This document shows positions 1 to 9,381 of a DNA stretch of 44,972 bases, piece after piece. Positions within the stretch are counted from its first letter, which is position 1. Each line of letters starts with the position of its first letter. Location of the stretch: positions 1-44,972 of the forward strand of contig JBEPVB010000003.1 of NCBI GenBank assembly GCA_041691215.1, given 5' to 3'. Source of the stretch: Chloroflexota bacterium (GTDB lineage: Bacteria > Chloroflexota > Limnocylindria > Limnocylindrales > CSP1-4). Below the pieces are notes generated by a model that was given only the letters and a program-made list of their open reading frames with translations, had not been told where the DNA came from and made no database searches. Made by a program: the position numbers and the translations under genes.

Positions 1-38
1 AACGACGGTCGAACCGCCGTCCAGTTGGGGGACAGCCG

Positions 39-1022
39 TTGCGGAAAACCGTAGTTCAGTTGGCGGGTGGGGACCTGACGAGCGAACTCATCCACGCATT
101 CCGCGTTGACTCGTCGGTCCTGTGCCGCTCGCTAATGGCGCCGCCGTGGGGCTTCGGGGTTGCTGCCCGCGCCGCGGGATCGTTCCATCTCGTAATGAAC
201 GGTGAAGGGTGGCTGTCGGTTGATGGCGTCGACGGCTCGTCGCCACTCCAGGCCGGTGATGTCGTCCTGTTGCCGCGCGGCAACGCCCACTGGGTGAGGG
301 ACGCACCCGCCTCGGAAGCGCCCGCCCTCACGTCGATCCTCGCGCAACGCGAGGTAATCGACGGTGAGCTTTATTTCGGCGGTGACTCAGGTCCGCAGAC
401 GGAGATCGTGTGTGGCGTCTTCCATGTGACGGGCGGCCCGTCGTCTGTGCCCGGCGACGTCCTGCCAGCGGTGATCCACACACCCGCCGCATCGGGTGCA
501 GCCTGGTGGGGCCCGGTCGCGTCGGCCGTGCGCAACGAGGCTCGCGCGCCGTCCGCAGGCGGGTCCGCGGTGGTCAATCGGCTGCTCGAGTCTTTGCTCG
601 CAGATGCAATTCGCACGAGGCTGCCGACGATCGGCGACGAGACCGACGGCTCGTCCGGTCTTGCAGATCCGCGGATTGGCGCCGTTCTCGCGCGAATGCG
701 CGAGCAGCCAGAGCTCCACTGGTCGGTCGGTGATCTCGCGCGCGTCGCCGCTATGTCGCGCTCCGCGTTCGTCGACCGATTCCCCACACTCGTCGGCGCG
801 CCACCGATGCGGCACCTGGCGTCGGTCCGATTGGCGAAGGCCGCGGCCCTCTTGCGATCGACCGATCTGACGGTGGCTGACGTCGGCCGTCGTGTGGGCT
901 ATGGCTCGGAGGAGGCGTTCAGCCGCGCATTCCGGACCCAGTTCAACCACACCCCGACCGGCTTCCGCAGGAGTCGCGTACCGGCGGGACGCAAAGGTTC
1001 GCGCGCGCACACGGGCAGATAG
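39..1022 (+). CDS. AraC-family transcriptional regulator (cupin + HTH)
   Basis: N-terminal cupin (FHLVMNGEGWL, AGDVVLLPRGNAH); C-terminal AraC HTH (MSRSAFVDRF...VGYGSEEAFSRAF). Confidence 0.92.
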   Translation: MRKTVVQLAGGDLTSELIHAFRVDSSVLCRSLMAPPWGFGVAARAAGSFHLVMNGEGWLSVDGVDGSSPLQAGDVVLLPRGNAHWVRDAPASEAPALTSILAQREVIDGELYFGGDSGPQTEIVCGVFHVTGGPSSVPGDVLPAVIHTPAASGAAWWGPVASAVRNEARAPSAGGSAVVNRLLESLLADAIRTRLPTIGDETDGSSGLADPRIGAVLARMREQPELHWSVGDLARVAAMSRSAFVDRFPTLVGAPPMRHLASVRLAKAAALLRSTDLTVADVGRRVGYGSEEAFSRAFRTQFNHTPTGFRRSRVPAGRKGSRAHTGR

Positions 1023-1085
1023 CGCGGCCCGCGGCGAGCCGATAGGCGCGCAGACCGACGGCCGACTCGGTCAGACGCGCCCGCG

Positions 1086-1345
1086 CTGAGGATCGTGGTG
1101 TTTACCGACTTTGTCGGCTCGACCTCAGCCGCGGACCCACGCGGCGATCGTGCGTGGAGGGGCCTGCTTGGGACGCACGATGAGGATATCCGGGGTCTGC
1201 CCGAGACGCATTGGGGCCGCGAGGTGAACAGTGACCGGCGACGGATTCCTGGCCACCTGCGACTCGCACGGATGGGCCATCGCTTGTGCCCTTCCCGTGG
1301 CCCGCGGCGCACGCACGCTCGGGATCGACCTTCGCGCAATCAAGA
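1086..1345 (+). pseudogene. Class III adenylate/guanylate cyclase fragment, frameshifted
   Basis: VFTDFVGST in one frame and TGDGFLATCD in another (shift near 1230); ends before the expected GxHxG motif. Confidence 0.7.
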
Positions 1346-1387
1346 AGGCTTTCTCCACGACACGGCTAGGGCTCGGCGATCCGGGAG

Positions 1388-1696
1388 TTATTCCCGACCG
1401 ACGTGAGAGACCTCGAACTCGGCTTGGTCGCCGACGCTGACTCCGGCCGATTTCATCATCGCCTTGGTCACGCTGAGGGCGAGTCGGCCGCCGCCTGCCG
1501 GCATGACGTTCGAGGCGAACCCGGCACCTGCGATTGACCCACGCACACGTTGCTGCTTCAGCCCGCCGAGCGCATCGACCATAGCCAACGGGATATCAGC
1601 GACGGCGAGCCCGCTCGCCTTGTCAGGTTTCCAGTGCCGGATCTGACCGGCGAACCGAATCGGATCGAAGCTCCGGGGGCCCGCATCCTCTGCCAT
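1388..1696 (-). CDS. DUF1905-like small protein
   Basis: VRGSIAGAGFASNVMPAGGGRLALSVTKAMMKSAGVSVGDQAEFEV pattern; last gene of the ArsR operon. Confidence 0.7.
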   Translation of the reverse strand: MAEDAGPRSFDPIRFAGQIRHWKPDKASGLAVADIPLAMVDALGGLKQQRVRGSIAGAGFASNVMPAGGGRLALSVTKAMMKSAGVSVGDQAEFEVSHVGRE

Positions 1697-1722
1697 CAGG
1701 GCGCATCCTCTGCCATCAGGGC
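1683..1722. repeat. Exact 20-bp tandem duplication GCATCCTCTGCCATCAGGGC
   Basis: Copies at 1683-1702 and 1703-1722. Confidence 0.95.
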
Positions 1723-2075
1723 GCGCCCGCGGCCATCAGCGTGGCCGGGTCGAAGTAGAGGTCAATGCGCGCGATGCGGTCGCCCCGCAGCTCAAACGCC
1801 TCAGCCATGGGTACGCGTGCCTGGCCGACTTCGAAGATATAGAGGTTCACGGCCCGCGGCCCGTCGACGACCCGCCTCACATCCGCGAACCGGACCTCGC
1901 CGAACATCGGTGCATTGCGCCGAATGAGCTCGACGAATGCTGCCGGCCCGTCGGCTCGGTCCATCGCCCCACGGAACGCAAAGTCGTCGGTAAGGATCTC
2001 GTGAAAACGCTCGAACTGACCGCTGCCCCAGGCATCGTAATATGCGTCCATAAGATGATTCGTCGCGTCCGACAC
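1716..2075 (-). CDS. SnoaL-like/NTF2-fold protein
   Basis: GTG start after AAGGAGG; YYDAWGSGQFERFHEILTDDFAFRG...RIARIDLYFDP. Confidence 0.85.
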   Translation of the reverse strand: MSDATNHLMDAYYDAWGSGQFERFHEILTDDFAFRGAMDRADGPAAFVELIRRNAPMFGEVRFADVRRVVDGPRAVNLYIFEVGQARVPMAEAFELRGDRIARIDLYFDPATLMAAGAP

Positions 2076-2086
2076 GTCCGTCCTCC

Positions 2087-2503
2087 TTATGGCTTGGGTA
2101 GGTCGCTCGCGGCCAGTCGGGTAGCGAGACGGCCAATGAAATACTCCCAGCCTGCCCGGTGAGTTGCGAGCTCGGCTGGCGGGAGACCTCGATGGACGAG
2201 CCGCAGGAGCGTGGCGCCAGCGTCGTCTTGGAAGGTGATCTCGACCTCGGTCGAGCTCGGCGGGATTCCACGCGAAACCGGCGTTTCCCAGCCGTACCGC
2301 ATCACGATGCGACGCGGACGATCGATCTCCACGAAACGACCCACGACGACATCGCCGTTCTCGTAGACCCATCGAAATTGACCGCCCGGATTCGGATCGA
2401 CCTTGGCTTCCCGCGCCATCCACTCGGTCAGGAGATCGCCGTCAGTGAACATATCGAAAACGACTTCCGCTGGTGCATCGATGTGGACCGAATAGTCGAT
2501 CAC
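2087..2503 (-). CDS. SRPBCC/AHSA1-domain protein
   Basis: VHIDAPAEVVFDMFTDGDLLTEW...TLLRLVHRGLP...GWEYFIGRL; GTG overlaps the ArsR stop. Confidence 0.9.
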   Translation of the reverse strand: MIDYSVHIDAPAEVVFDMFTDGDLLTEWMAREAKVDPNPGGQFRWVYENGDVVVGRFVEIDRPRRIVMRYGWETPVSRGIPPSSTEVEITFQDDAGATLLRLVHRGLPPAELATHRAGWEYFIGRLATRLAASDLPKP

Positions 2504-2838
2504 GGACGCTTCGCCGCTCCGCGCGCGACGGCACGAGCCTCCACTACGCGCTTCAGCTCCGGCAACCGTGGGAGCCAGAGGTCGTCGAGTGCGGCGCGAA
2601 CATGCGCGAGTCGCTCGAACTCGACCCGATAGAGGCGCCGATTGCCATCGCGCCGAACCTGGAGAAGGCCGGCATCCCGCAGGATGCGAAGGTGCTGGCT
2701 GGTGGCTGGCTGCGCGAGCCCGACAAGCTCGGTCAACTCGCCAGCCGCGTGCTCGCCTGCGACGCACAGTCGGACGAGCTCGCGCCTGGCTGGGTGCGCG
2801 AGGGCGACAAGCGCCTCATTGAGGGGTTCGGCCGGCAC
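2500..2838 (-). CDS. ArsR/SmtB-family regulator
   Basis: LVALAHPARRELV...AQPATSQHLRILRDAGLLQVRRDGNRRLY. Confidence 0.92.
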   Translation of the reverse strand: MPAEPLNEALVALAHPARRELVRLCVAGEHAAGELTELVGLAQPATSQHLRILRDAGLLQVRRDGNRRLYRVEFERLAHVRAALDDLWLPRLPELKRVVEARAVARGAAKRP

Positions 2839-2849
2839 GAGTCTAGTTT

Positions 2850-2885
2850 ATATCGCGCATCGTGCATATGCAACGTCACGCATAT
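2850..2885. promoter_or_regulatory. Two overlapping inverted repeats, likely ArsR operator
   Basis: ATATCG-N8-GCATAT (2850-2869) and perfect ATATGC-N8-GCATAT (2866-2885) just upstream of arsR. Confidence 0.6.
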
Positions 2886-3135
2886 TGTCGGACCCCGTAT
2901 TGGGCTCTAGGATCGCCGAGGAGATCGTCGCGACCAGTCGCAGGTACGCGCGCCTCCGTCGCGCTGCGCGGTCGGCAACCCGAGGCCCCCGGCCAAACCT
3001 CATGACTTCGTCATGGTCCGTCAGTGCCGATGTGCCCTCGCCGTTTCCGCGATGTGCTCCCGAGCTGCGGGAACGCATGGCCGGTACGATGAGCTGCTTC
3101 TCGCGATCGAATGCGCCCGCGTTCGTCAGCGACGG

Positions 3136-5262
3136 CTAGACTATCGCCCTCCCGAGCGGGAGTAGCTCAGTCGGCAGAGCGTCTGCTTCCCAAGCAGAAG
3201 GTCGAGGGTTCGAGACCCTTCTCCCGCTCCAACTCCTGCTGCTCGTAGCGAAACACCCTGAGCTGGGTGTTCTCGTCGTTGTCTTGGGTGGGCTCACGGC
3301 TGCCCTGCCGAATCCTTCCTTCGGAGCCAGACCCTCGTATCGGGCTGCGCTGGGCGCGGGCAGCACTTGGACCTCCACCCCTGACGGGTGGGCAGTCGAG
3401 CGAACGACGTGCTGCGTGGCCACCTTGAAGTCCTCTGGCTTCGCGGTCGGGATGTTCACGAACGTCTGGGGATTCCGATCGACGAGCGGGAACCAGCTGC
3501 TCTGGACCTGGACCATTACCCGATGGCCGCGGCGAAACGCGTGATTGACGTCGGGCATCGTGAACGTCACCGCCTCGACCTGGCCGGGCACGAATGGCTC
3601 GGGCTTCTCGAATCCTTTGCGAAACTTTCCGCGAAACGGTTCGCCGCGGACGAGCTGCTGGTAGCCCGAGAGCGTCACGGTCGGCGGTCCGACATCGCTC
3701 CCGCCTCCCGCGCCGCCAGCCGTCGCCGGCGTGGTCCGATCCGGCGGATAGACGTCGACCAGCTTGACGATCCAGTCGGAGTCGGTCCCGGTCGTCGAGA
3801 CGAAGAGCTTCGGCGAGACCGGGCCGGCGAGGGTTAGGTCCTCCTCGAGCGGCTCGGACACGTAGACGAGCACGTCCGGCCTTACCGCGGCGAAGCGCTG
3901 GTCCGAGACCATGTATTCCTCGGGCATTGCCGGCGCTGCGTACCCGATGAACGGCACCGGCTTCGCTGGATCGCTCACGTACGTGTCGCTCGCGTCGGCT
4001 TCCATCGGCGGCTCGAAGGCGAGCCCGCCGCCCTCGCGGAAATACAGGGTCCGAGGTTGCGCGGAAGGTGGCGGCCATGCCGAATACTGTCGCCAGACGT
4101 TGGTGCCGGTCTCGAACACGTATGCCTCAGGCAGCTTCGGGTCTGCCTCGTCCTTCAGATGGAACGCGAAGAATGGCATCACGATGTGGTCGATGAAGAA
4201 CGTCGACGTGTCCGTCGCGAAGTCAACATTTCCCATTCGCCGGCCTTGGTACGCGGTCCAGCCTCCATGAGACCAGGGGCCCATGACGAGGCTGGCGGCG
4301 AGCCCCGGGTTGTCCTCCTTGATCGCTCGATGAACGCGCAGCGGTCCCATGAGGTCCTCGGCATCGAACCAGCCACCCACCGTGAGCACCGGGCAGCGAA
4401 TGTCGTTGAGGTGGCGCCAGATGGCGCGGGACTGCCAGAACTCGTCATAGGTCGGGTGTTCGAGGAGCTCGTCCCAGGTGGGGTTGGGAGCGCCCAAGCG
4501 TGACGTAACGTTGGCCAGCGTGCCAAGCCTCAGGAAGAACTCGTAGCCGTCTTCCGTACCGTAGTCGAACGGCACGTCTGTCGTCGGCGGACGCGTCGGG
4601 CCCGACTGGGGCCGATAGACGGGTGCGGAGTTGAACGCATGGGCGAGCATGAACGCCCCGCCGTGATACCAGTCGTCATCGAGGAACAGGTCGGCGACCG
4701 GCGCCTGCGGCGATGCAGCCCTGATCGCCGGATGGGTGTCGATGATCCCGGCCGCGGTGAAGAAGCCCGAGTAGGAGATGCCCCAGATCCCGACGCGGCC
4801 ATTGTGGTTCGTCACGTGCGCGAGCAACCACTCGACGGTGTCCCAGGTGTCGGTGCTCTCGTCGACGTCGGCCGAGGTTCGCTTGTCGGGCCGATGGGGC
4901 GTCACATGGGTGAATGCGCCCTCCGACATGAGGCGTCCGCGAACGTCCTGCCGTACGAGGATGTAGCCCGCGTTCAGGATTGCCTGGGTCTGGCTGCCGT
5001 AGACGGAGTCCTCGTCGGGACCATACGGCCCGATGCCGAACGGCGTCCGGGTGAGCATGAACGGGTACGTCGTCGATGTGTCCTTGGGGACCAGCACGGA
5101 GGTGAAGAGCCGCACCCCGTCGCGCATCGGGATCCGGTACTCGTACTTCGTGTACCGCCCGTGGACGTCGAAGACGGCGCCGTCGGGATCCGCCATGAGG
5201 ACCTCGCCAAATAACGCACTGGGGGCCTGATCGGGGCCAGAGGAGTGTTCGCGGTCCGACAC
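3136..5262 (-). CDS. CocE/NonD-family serine hydrolase (alpha-amino acid ester hydrolase/acylase-like)
   Basis: IPMRDGVRL, QDVRGR, nucleophile WGISYSG, GGWFDAED, GPWSHG; conserved part ends near VEVQVLP (~3360). Confidence 0.92.
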   Translation of the reverse strand: MSDREHSSGPDQAPSALFGEVLMADPDGAVFDVHGRYTKYEYRIPMRDGVRLFTSVLVPKDTSTTYPFMLTRTPFGIGPYGPDEDSVYGSQTQAILNAGYILVRQDVRGRLMSEGAFTHVTPHRPDKRTSADVDESTDTWDTVEWLLAHVTNHNGRVGIWGISYSGFFTAAGIIDTHPAIRAASPQAPVADLFLDDDWYHGGAFMLAHAFNSAPVYRPQSGPTRPPTTDVPFDYGTEDGYEFFLRLGTLANVTSRLGAPNPTWDELLEHPTYDEFWQSRAIWRHLNDIRCPVLTVGGWFDAEDLMGPLRVHRAIKEDNPGLAASLVMGPWSHGGWTAYQGRRMGNVDFATDTSTFFIDHIVMPFFAFHLKDEADPKLPEAYVFETGTNVWRQYSAWPPPSAQPRTLYFREGGGLAFEPPMEADASDTYVSDPAKPVPFIGYAAPAMPEEYMVSDQRFAAVRPDVLVYVSEPLEEDLTLAGPVSPKLFVSTTGTDSDWIVKLVDVYPPDRTTPATAGGAGGGSDVGPPTVTLSGYQQLVRGEPFRGKFRKGFEKPEPFVPGQVEAVTFTMPDVNHAFRRGHRVMVQVQSSWFPLVDRNPQTFVNIPTAKPEDFKVATQHVVRSTAHPSGVEVQVLPAPSAARYEGLAPKEGFGRAAVSPPKTTTRTPSSGCFATSSRSWSGRRVSNPRPSAWEADALPTELLPLGRAIV
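3156..3231 (+). tRNA. tRNA-Gly(CCC)
   Basis: GCGGGAG/CTCCCGC acceptor stem, TAGCTCAGTCGG D-arm, TCTGC-TTCCCAA-GCAGA anticodon arm, GGTTCGAGACC T-arm, encoded CCA; 76 nt. Confidence 0.97.
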
Positions 5263-5725
5263 GCGAAGTCAATGCCAATCACACGAGCAGGGCCCCGAGA
5301 GGCGATCGAGACCACACGCCGCACGACCCCTTACTACACCGTTTCGATCACCCCTTAGCTGTCCTATGCGCCCTCCCGCGCGGCCAACCCCCATTCGTCA
5401 GCACTCTCGATCAGAATCTGCCTGATTCCTGAGTGGGCATGCGCACGTCCGACTCCTGTCGGGCGCGCCACAACAGCCACTGGCAGCGCGAGCGCTGGTC
5501 CGTGGGCATGCGCCGACTGCGTTTGCATCGATCAGGGACGATGCCGTAGTCAAGACCAGGGCAGCGCTCGGTGAGGCGGCGGGCGCGGCTCGATATGGGA
5601 GACCCGTCGCGTCCCCGGCTCGATCAGGTGACAGACCGTCATGACGTCGCGGGGTCGGGATCGCACACTCGCAGCGAGTTCGGGCGCACAAGATGGGCTC
5701 GACGCAGCCGCCGAAGGTCCGTCTG

Positions 5726-5875
5726 ATGTGCGGCAACTGTGGCTGCAGACGCGCCCCAGACGACATGGGCAAGCCCGGGATCACCATCACCAACGAAGTG
5801 GTCAGGCGGGCTTGCCGACGCAAATGCGATGACGGTCGACAAGGCGGCGACCACGCCGCCACTATGGCTCGACCC
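5726..5875 (+). pseudogene. Frameshifted paralog of the CxxCxC small protein at 10169
   Basis: MCGNCGCRRAPDDMGKPGITITNEVVRRA, then an extra T near 5813 and ADANAMTVDK in the next frame. Confidence 0.75.
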
Positions 5876-5909
5876 CGCAGACAGCCGCACCCACAGGAGC
5901 AACACGATC

Positions 5910-6098
5910 ATGACGAGCGAACGCACCAAAGGCACGATCAAGACGGCCAAAGGCGCCTTGAATGAAGGCGCTGGCAAGCTGACCGGCGACATGGGGCTCG
6001 AGGCCAAGGGCAAGGTCCAGCAGGTCCAGGGCAAGGCGCAAAGAGGCCTCGGTCATGTCCAGGACGGGCTGCACAAGGGCGGCGGCAAGGCCAGTTGA
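5910..6098 (+). CDS. CsbD-family stress protein
   Basis: AGGAG RBS; ERTKGTIKTAKGALNEGAGKLTGDMGLEAKGKVQQVQGKAQ. Confidence 0.88.
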   Translation: MTSERTKGTIKTAKGALNEGAGKLTGDMGLEAKGKVQQVQGKAQRGLGHVQDGLHKGGGKAS

Positions 6099-6123
6099 GC
6101 CTCCTGACCGAGAGGGATGACTC

Positions 6124-6759
6124 ATGAGCAGGACCGAAGTCCATCCGGGCTGGAGCGGTTTCGTCGACGTCACCCGCGAGCGGGGTATCGACCTGGCCGA
6201 CGACGTTCGCACGACCGCCGGCCAGGCCCGTGATGGGCTTGGAGACGCGATCGACCGCCTATCGACAATGGAATGGCCGAAGGTCGAGCTGCCGTCCGTC
6301 GACGTCGGCAAGGCTCTGGCAGGGGCCGCGGCGGCCGCTCACATCGGCCGACGTGCACACCGGCGGCGATGGCCGCTGGTCGTCGGCGGACTGCTTGTCG
6401 CTGGCCTCGTCGGCTGGGCCATCTCGAGTCGCGAGGCACTGCGCGCCCAGTTAGCGCTCGGAGCCAACTCGATCCGAAATCGGATCTCGGCAGCGCGATC
6501 GAACCTGCGCGGCCGACCTGAGATCGAGCGCGGTCATCCGATCGCGTTCACTGCTGCCGAGACCGCGCCGATCGGGGCCTCCCGGTTCACGGATAGCAGA
6601 ACCCATGATGGCGACGGTTATCCGCTGGGCTTCGGCTCGAACAACGGCGACGGCCTCCCCAATGGAGAGAGAGCCGCCGGGCCTCCAATGACGGCTACCT
6701 CGGGCGATGAAACCCACCGCCGTCCGGGGACGCCGAGAACCCCACGAGGCACGACATGA
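6124..6759 (+). CDS. Hypothetical single-TM protein
   Basis: RBS-like GAGGG; RRRWPLVVGGLLVAGLVGWAI TM segment; follows csbD. Confidence 0.6.
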   Translation: MSRTEVHPGWSGFVDVTRERGIDLADDVRTTAGQARDGLGDAIDRLSTMEWPKVELPSVDVGKALAGAAAAAHIGRRAHRRRWPLVVGGLLVAGLVGWAISSREALRAQLALGANSIRNRISAARSNLRGRPEIERGHPIAFTAAETAPIGASRFTDSRTHDGDGYPLGFGSNNGDGLPNGERAAGPPMTATSGDETHRRPGTPRTPRGTT

Positions 6760-7124
6760 TGTCCAGATTCAGCCCACTCGGGCGGCTCGGCCGACTGAGC
6801 CGTCTCGCCGCGGTGCCGGCGATCGCCGACGTGCTCTCGACGGCCGCTCAGTCGCCGACGGTCCGGGAGCTCGCAAGTCATGCCCGGCGAGATCCTCGCG
6901 GTCTTGCCAGGCGCCTCGCCCATCCGGTTGCGACGATTGGCCTCGTTCGCCAGGCCGGTGACGACCCATCGGTTCGCCGATTGGTGAGGGCTAGCCTGCT
7001 CTTCCTGCCGCTCCGCTACTTTGCCGTTGCCCAGGCGGCGCTGTGGAGCGTCGGCCGAGTTGCCCGCCGCGGTCGTCGCCAAAGGGACGCTCGGACGGTT
7101 GTCGTGCAGCAAGGGGGACCGTGA
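6756..7124 (+). CDS. Hypothetical basic protein
   Basis: ATGA overlap with the upstream stop; hydrophobic C-terminal stretch. Confidence 0.5.
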   Translation: MMSRFSPLGRLGRLSRLAAVPAIADVLSTAAQSPTVRELASHARRDPRGLARRLAHPVATIGLVRQAGDDPSVRRLVRASLLFLPLRYFAVAQAALWSVGRVARRGRRQRDARTVVVQQGGP

Positions 7125-7358
7125 GCTCCGAGCCACAAGATTCGAACAGCTGGAGGTTCAGCGCCCTCGCCGGACCTCGCCGGACGGTCCCGGGCATCAC
7201 GAGCTAGGTCCAGGAGGGATTCTTCGGCTTCAGCCCCGACGGTCAGCGCGTCGATCCACCGGCCTATCTATCGCCTGCGGGCGGCTGCTCAGGTACCGGC
7301 CTCGAAGTGCGGCCTCAGCCGGCGCGACGGCCTGCGCATCTTCGAGGAGGAGACTCTG

Positions 7359-7574
7359 ATGTCGGTGGGATCTTGGATCAAACGAGCGTTGTTGGGAGCA
7401 CCGGACCCTTCCGATGCGGAGCATGCCCCGCGCCACGAGCGCCGGGAGGCAGGTCGCGATCGGCATCACGAGACGGGCGAGCCAGCCTGGGAAGAGTCTG
7501 ACCGGCTCGACGAGCCACCGGGCGCCGGAAAGCGCAATCCCGACGCGGCGCCCGAGGTCCTGGGCGGGATCTGA
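7359..7574 (+). CDS. Small hydrophilic hypothetical protein
   Basis: GAGGAG RBS; MSVGSWIKRALLG then charged low-complexity tail. Confidence 0.5.
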   Translation: MSVGSWIKRALLGAPDPSDAEHAPRHERREAGRDRHHETGEPAWEESDRLDEPPGAGKRNPDAAPEVLGGI

Positions 7575-7640
7575 CTCGCCGCTAGCGGTCGCCGCCAATG
7601 GAAGAAGACGCGCTGAGACCATGCCGGCGTCAGCCTGGTC

Positions 7641-7745
7641 CTAGCGTCGGGACAAGTAGCCAGCCCGCAGCCGCCCGGCGTTGATCAACTGCTCTGCAGT
7701 CAGCCCCGAGCGCGCCCTGAGGACAGCGAGGCGGCGCTTCAGTGT
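7641..7745 (-). pseudogene. C-terminal remnant of a small HTH protein
   Basis: TLKRRLAVLRARSGLTAEQLINAG resembles the 7957-8190 copy. Confidence 0.5.
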
Positions 7746-7956
7746 GCCCGCGCTGGGGGTCCTGCCCGACAGCGAGCTCCTGTGGATCTGCGGCATGATC
7801 TCGATCCCGGGGACGATGGTGTGGTGCCTCCTCCTTGGCATCGTCCTTCTTCGACGAGCGTTCGGGCGAGGTTTGACCACGGGGTCGTTCCAGCCATGGT
7901 CGCCGGCTCGACCCAGAAGACGCCCAGGGATCCGCAGGCCCGTGTCGGAAAGGGAC

Positions 7957-8190
7957 TCACGCCCGCTCCAGGCTGGGTACGGTAAGCCAAACCTCCGACC
8001 TGGATGTGTAGATCAGCTGCTCGGTGGTGAGTCCAGACCGGCCCGCAGGTCGGCGAGGTGACGCATCACGGTGCTCGAACGGCTGCCCACGAGCTCGGCC
8101 GCATCGGTCACCGAGCCGCCCCCGGCAACGTAGGCGGCGAGCACGTCGATCCGGCGCTGTCTCGCCTGCGGCGAGAGCGCGCCACGGAGG
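7957..8190 (-). pseudogene. Small LuxR-like HTH protein, frameshifted
   Basis: RRIDVLAAYVAGGGSVTDAAELVGSRSSTVMRHLADLRA / 1-nt shift near 8040 / SGLTTEQLIYTSRSEVWL; no in-frame start found. Confidence 0.6.
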
Positions 8191-8255
8191 CGTCCGTCTT
8201 CACGCCAGCCAACTCGTTCCGACTCGTGCCGGGTGCACGATGAGCAACGCCTGTT

Positions 8256-8786
8256 CTACGGGGTACTTCCAGTGGGGCCGACGACCCGAATCTCGATTTC
8301 CGGCCGGGTTACGCCTGGTGGCGTCTCCAGGACACCCAATAGAGCGCTCAGCTCGTCGTGCGGTGCCAGGACCCCGGGCAGGTACACGATGTGAGCGCCC
8401 ACGGAGTGGACATACTCCGCCAGGGCCCCCATCCCGTGGCCCTTGGGCAGGAAGGCAGCCACCCGGGCCCCTGCGGCCCGGCCCTCATTGACCTGGTCGC
8501 CTAAGGCCGACCGTCCGAGGTACTCGAGATCTGCGAGCCCCAAGCGATCGCTGAAACGATCCCCTGCTCCCTCCGCATCGAGGGCGTTCGGCATTGGCTC
8601 AGTCATGAACCCAGCGGCATCGGCCGCGAACAAGACCACAACACAGCCGTGTTCCCGCGCATGCGCTTGGGCCGCTTGGCGAACCGGGCGATGCCTGTCG
8701 TCCTCGGTCGTGTAGGCGATGACCGCAGGGCCCGCAATGTCTTCGCCGCCACCCGTCCCGATCCCTCGGGCTCCGGTGTCAGCCAT
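8256..8786 (-). CDS. Universal stress protein-like protein
   Basis: AVIAYTTEDDRHRPVRQAAQAHAREHGCVVVLF...ALAEYVHSVGAHIVYLP resembles USP topology. Confidence 0.55.
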   Translation of the reverse strand: MADTGARGIGTGGGEDIAGPAVIAYTTEDDRHRPVRQAAQAHAREHGCVVVLFAADAAGFMTEPMPNALDAEGAGDRFSDRLGLADLEYLGRSALGDQVNEGRAAGARVAAFLPKGHGMGALAEYVHSVGAHIVYLPGVLAPHDELSALLGVLETPPGVTRPEIEIRVVGPTGSTP

Positions 8787-8804
8787 GGGCCGCCTGACCG
8801 GACA

Positions 8805-9242
8805 TCAGGGCCGTGCCTCGGCCCGATATCCCTCAGTCACCTCGTCCTTGTGTGCCGCAAAGGCAGCCAGCACTTCACCCTTCTCCCTCTGGGGCACCTT
8901 GACGAAGTCAAGGGTACGCCCAAGTTCAGCCGCGACCTCGTCGAACTCCTCGGGAGAGATCTGAAGCTCGCGATGGGCCTTCTCCAGTCCAAGGGCAGTC
9001 CTCCCGGGGTTCGTGGCTGTGAACTGAAATGGTCCGCCGGCGACGTTGCAGACCCACAAGGTGCGCATGAACTTGAGCCCCGGCAGTCTGCCCAGATTGT
9101 TGGTGTGCCATTCTCGGAGCGCAGGGTTCGCCGATCGCTGGCCAACGATCGGATTCTGCACGACCGCATCGCTGAAGTGGTCGATCACGGCCGCGATGGC
9201 AAAGGCGCCACCGAGCCGCTCGTACAAACTCGATTCGGTCAT
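8805..9242 (-). CDS. Group I truncated (2/2) hemoglobin
   Basis: SLYERLGG N-terminus, AGGP motif, proximal His in LEKAHRELQISPEEFD. Confidence 0.9.
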   Translation of the reverse strand: MTESSLYERLGGAFAIAAVIDHFSDAVVQNPIVGQRSANPALREWHTNNLGRLPGLKFMRTLWVCNVAGGPFQFTATNPGRTALGLEKAHRELQISPEEFDEVAAELGRTLDFVKVPQREKGEVLAAFAAHKDEVTEGYRAEARP

Positions 9243-9295
9243 TCGATCTCCATATTCGTTCGTGTGACGGTCGCCGGGCTATCCAACCTGCCACT

Positions 9296-9373
9296 TCTAA
9301 CGGTAATGCCAGCTATCGTTACAGGGAAGCCTTGTCATTGTCAACTCTTTTCATAACCATTCTTTCTGTTAGA
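9296..9373. promoter_or_regulatory. AT-rich divergent promoter with two TAAY-N10-GTTA inverted repeats
   Basis: TAAT-N10-GTTA 9304-9321 and TAAC-N10-GTTA 9354-9371. Confidence 0.55.
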
Positions 9374-9381
9374 GTCGCGTC

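Noticed and set aside
5433-5518. GTGGGCATGCGC direct repeat at 5433 and 5502
   Set aside because: Only two short copies with no associated feature
7962-7970. CCCGCTCCA matching the tRNA-Gly 3' end as a possible attR
   Set aside because: Only 9 bp, lies inside the HTH remnant coding sequence, and no integrase is present
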